DNA of 64,000 nucleotides from a virus. Shown piece after piece: positions 62,785 through 64,000 of this stretch. The stretch's first letter is position 1. The number at the start of each line of letters is the position of its first letter. A model generated the notes under the pieces. That model was not told the origin of the DNA. It searched no databases and saw only the letters and a list, made by a program, of their open reading frames with translations. Where the stretch lies: IMG/VR virus record IMGVR_UViG_3300032116_000032, positions 72,113 to 136,112 of that record, one strand, 5' to 3'. The translations under genes and the position numbers were made by a program.

Positions 62785-63160
62785 GTTAAGGGTGGGTAGT
62801 ATTGTAACCCACCCACTTTTTGGAACACCTACTAATGTTAAGGCGATTGCGTTTAACGGACTTTATATTGGAACCAAAGATGGTTTACCTCTTCACATCG
62901 ATGACTTCAAACCGGTTGAAATAACTGATGAGGTTTTGGAGTTACTTCATTTTGTTAAGATGAAAGATACTGCAGTCGGTATTGGTGAGTTTGATTGGTG
63001 GGAAACAGATGATATATCACTCACACACATACATAAAGGTTTATATGGTATTGAGGGGTTAAGTGGTATTAAACCGATAAAATATGTTCACGAATTACAA
63101 AATGCATATTTTGTGATAACAGGAAAAGAATTGAATACAGAAAAAATATTATATTTGTAA
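62753..63160 (+). CDS. hypothetical protein
   Basis: ELRVG...IKYVHELQNAYFVITGKEL, a pattern recalled from Bacteroidota phage hypotheticals; the true start is likely slightly downstream. Confidence 0.6.
   Translation: MKKMGCMMLNELRVGSIVTHPLFGTPTNVKAIAFNGLYIGTKDGLPLHIDDFKPVEITDEVLELLHFVKMKDTAVGIGEFDWWETDDISLTHIHKGLYGIEGLSGIKPIKYVHELQNAYFVITGKELNTEKILYL
63150..63157 (+). promoter_or_regulatory. Bacteroidota-type -7 promoter element TAnnTTTG
   Basis: TATATTTG 6 nt before the 63164 start. Confidence 0.45.
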
Positions 63161-63163
63161 AAA

Positions 63164-63601
63164 ATGGAAAAAGCAAGAATTTATTTAGATGATGTCAGAA
63201 CTCCTGTGAGTCCTAATAATGAGCGGGTTGAAGGAATCCCTGAATGGACAGTAGTTCGTTCTTATGACGAGTTTGTGAGTAAAGTAACCGAGATTGGTTT
63301 AGAAAATATTGAACTAATTTCTTTGGACCACGACTTAGGTGATAGTGCAATGAAAGAGTGGTTACACGGTGTTGTAAAAAACTATGAAATCAACTACGAT
63401 AACATAACCGAAAAGACTGGTATGGATTGTACCAAGTGGTTGGTTAATCAGTGGATGGACGGAAAACCTGTTGTTAGAGTTGTTGTTCACTCAGCAAATG
63501 CTGTTGGTGCCGCTAATATGATGGGATATATTAACAATTATCGACACATCAACAGATTACCACAAAATTGTGATAGAATATTTTGGGAACACACAGTATA
63601 A
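63164..63601 (+). CDS. cyclic-phosphate-processing receiver-domain protein
   Basis: IYLDDVR, VRSYDEF, ISLDHDLG, TGMDCTKWL and VHSANAVG motifs. Confidence 0.75.
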   Translation: MEKARIYLDDVRTPVSPNNERVEGIPEWTVVRSYDEFVSKVTEIGLENIELISLDHDLGDSAMKEWLHGVVKNYEINYDNITEKTGMDCTKWLVNQWMDGKPVVRVVVHSANAVGAANMMGYINNYRHINRLPQNCDRIFWEHTV

Positions 63602-63611
63602 AAAAATAGTT

Positions 63612-63872
63612 ATGGAATTAGAAAAATTTGAACAAGCAAAAAAAATTAAAGAAAACCTTGATAGATTGGAAAGACAGAAGTATAAATTAGAATATGCGCT
63701 TAAATCTTGTGGTTTGAGTGTCACGATTGGATTTACACATCCAGGGGGGTTCAACAGAAAAGATGAGGTTAGTGTTTATAACAAAGATGCAATTAAAGAA
63801 CTGATATCTAAAGAACTTGAAAGGTTGAATGGTGAAATAGAATTAGTTAAAGAAGAATTTGAAAAAGTATAA
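63612..63872 (+). CDS. hypothetical protein (start revised from 63570)
   Basis: Coiled-coil ORF between the receiver and ligase genes. Confidence 0.55.
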   Translation: MELEKFEQAKKIKENLDRLERQKYKLEYALKSCGLSVTIGFTHPGGFNRKDEVSVYNKDAIKELISKELERLNGEIELVKEEFEKV

Positions 63873-63875
63873 AAA

Positions 63876-64000
63876 ATGGAAAATTTAAATAGTGTATGTT
63901 ATGTTGGTGTAATCGGTGAGATACGACCAATAGAAGGGGCAGATAACATAGAACTTGCAATGGTTGGTGGTTGGCAAGCAATCACCAAGAAAGGTGAATA
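63876..64000 (+). CDS. RNA ligase, DRB0094/Rnl2-like family, N-terminus (3'-truncated; not in ORF track)
   Basis: MENLNSVCYVGVIGEIRPIEGADNIELAMVGGWQAITKKGE matches the I..I.PI.GAD.IE.A.V.GW....KKG N-terminal OB motif. Confidence 0.75.
   Translation, partial: MENLNSVCYVGVIGEIRPIEGADNIELAMVGGWQAITKKGE

Noticed and set aside
1-64000. Stop-codon reassignment (alternative genetic code)
   Set aside because: Code 11 gives long, tightly coupled ORFs, and TAG/TGA terminate recognisable proteins at expected ends (for example the sigma and the MTase).
1-64000. tRNA, tmRNA or rRNA genes
   Set aside because: No intergenic cloverleaf with T-arm GTTCRA and acceptor stem was found; intergenic gaps are mostly too short.
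1-64000. Host chromosome or eukaryotic giant virus origin (given DnaJ, GS, thioredoxin, LRR, collagen)
   Set aside because: Bacterial sigma, DnaG-type primase, baseplate/fibre genes, intrinsic terminators and operon coupling indicate a bacteriophage.

Overview
The window is an AT-rich, gene-dense segment of a large (jumbo-type) tailed dsDNA phage genome. Its host is most likely Bacteroidota (Flavobacteria-like), based on TAnnTTTG promoters, a Bacteroidota-type primary sigma factor, an Hc1-like protein, GSII, a DUF6576-like tail and SprB-like repeats. 1-20 kb is a tail/baseplate/fibre module containing a proline-free collagen fibre, SprB-like and poly-Thr/Pro proteins, an embedded glycosyltransferase and a RuvC-like resolvase. 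20-28.5 kb holds replication/recombination genes (primase, PD-(D/E)XK nuclease, Mre11/Rad50-like pair) and the sigma factor, followed by a GC-rich structured RNA candidate. 28.7-64 kb is accessory: an amidase/spanin-like block, DnaJ, two orphan DNA methyltransferases, thioredoxin/glutaredoxin, glutamine synthetase, NUDIX, RlpA and RNA-repair genes. Top candidates for new biology: (1) a family of diverse cargo proteins sharing an N-terminal [LIV]xE leader and an upstream ATATTTAT motif, a putative capsid-packaged effector arsenal; (2) a plant HPAT/SERGT-like peptide O-glycosyltransferase beside Ser/Thr-rich virion proteins; (3) a two-domain, catalytically dead MetK homolog; (4) an unannotated 38-aa ArfA-like peptide. 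All family assignments are motif recognition by eye with no database searches. No tRNA, rRNA, CRISPR array, integrase or transposase was seen.
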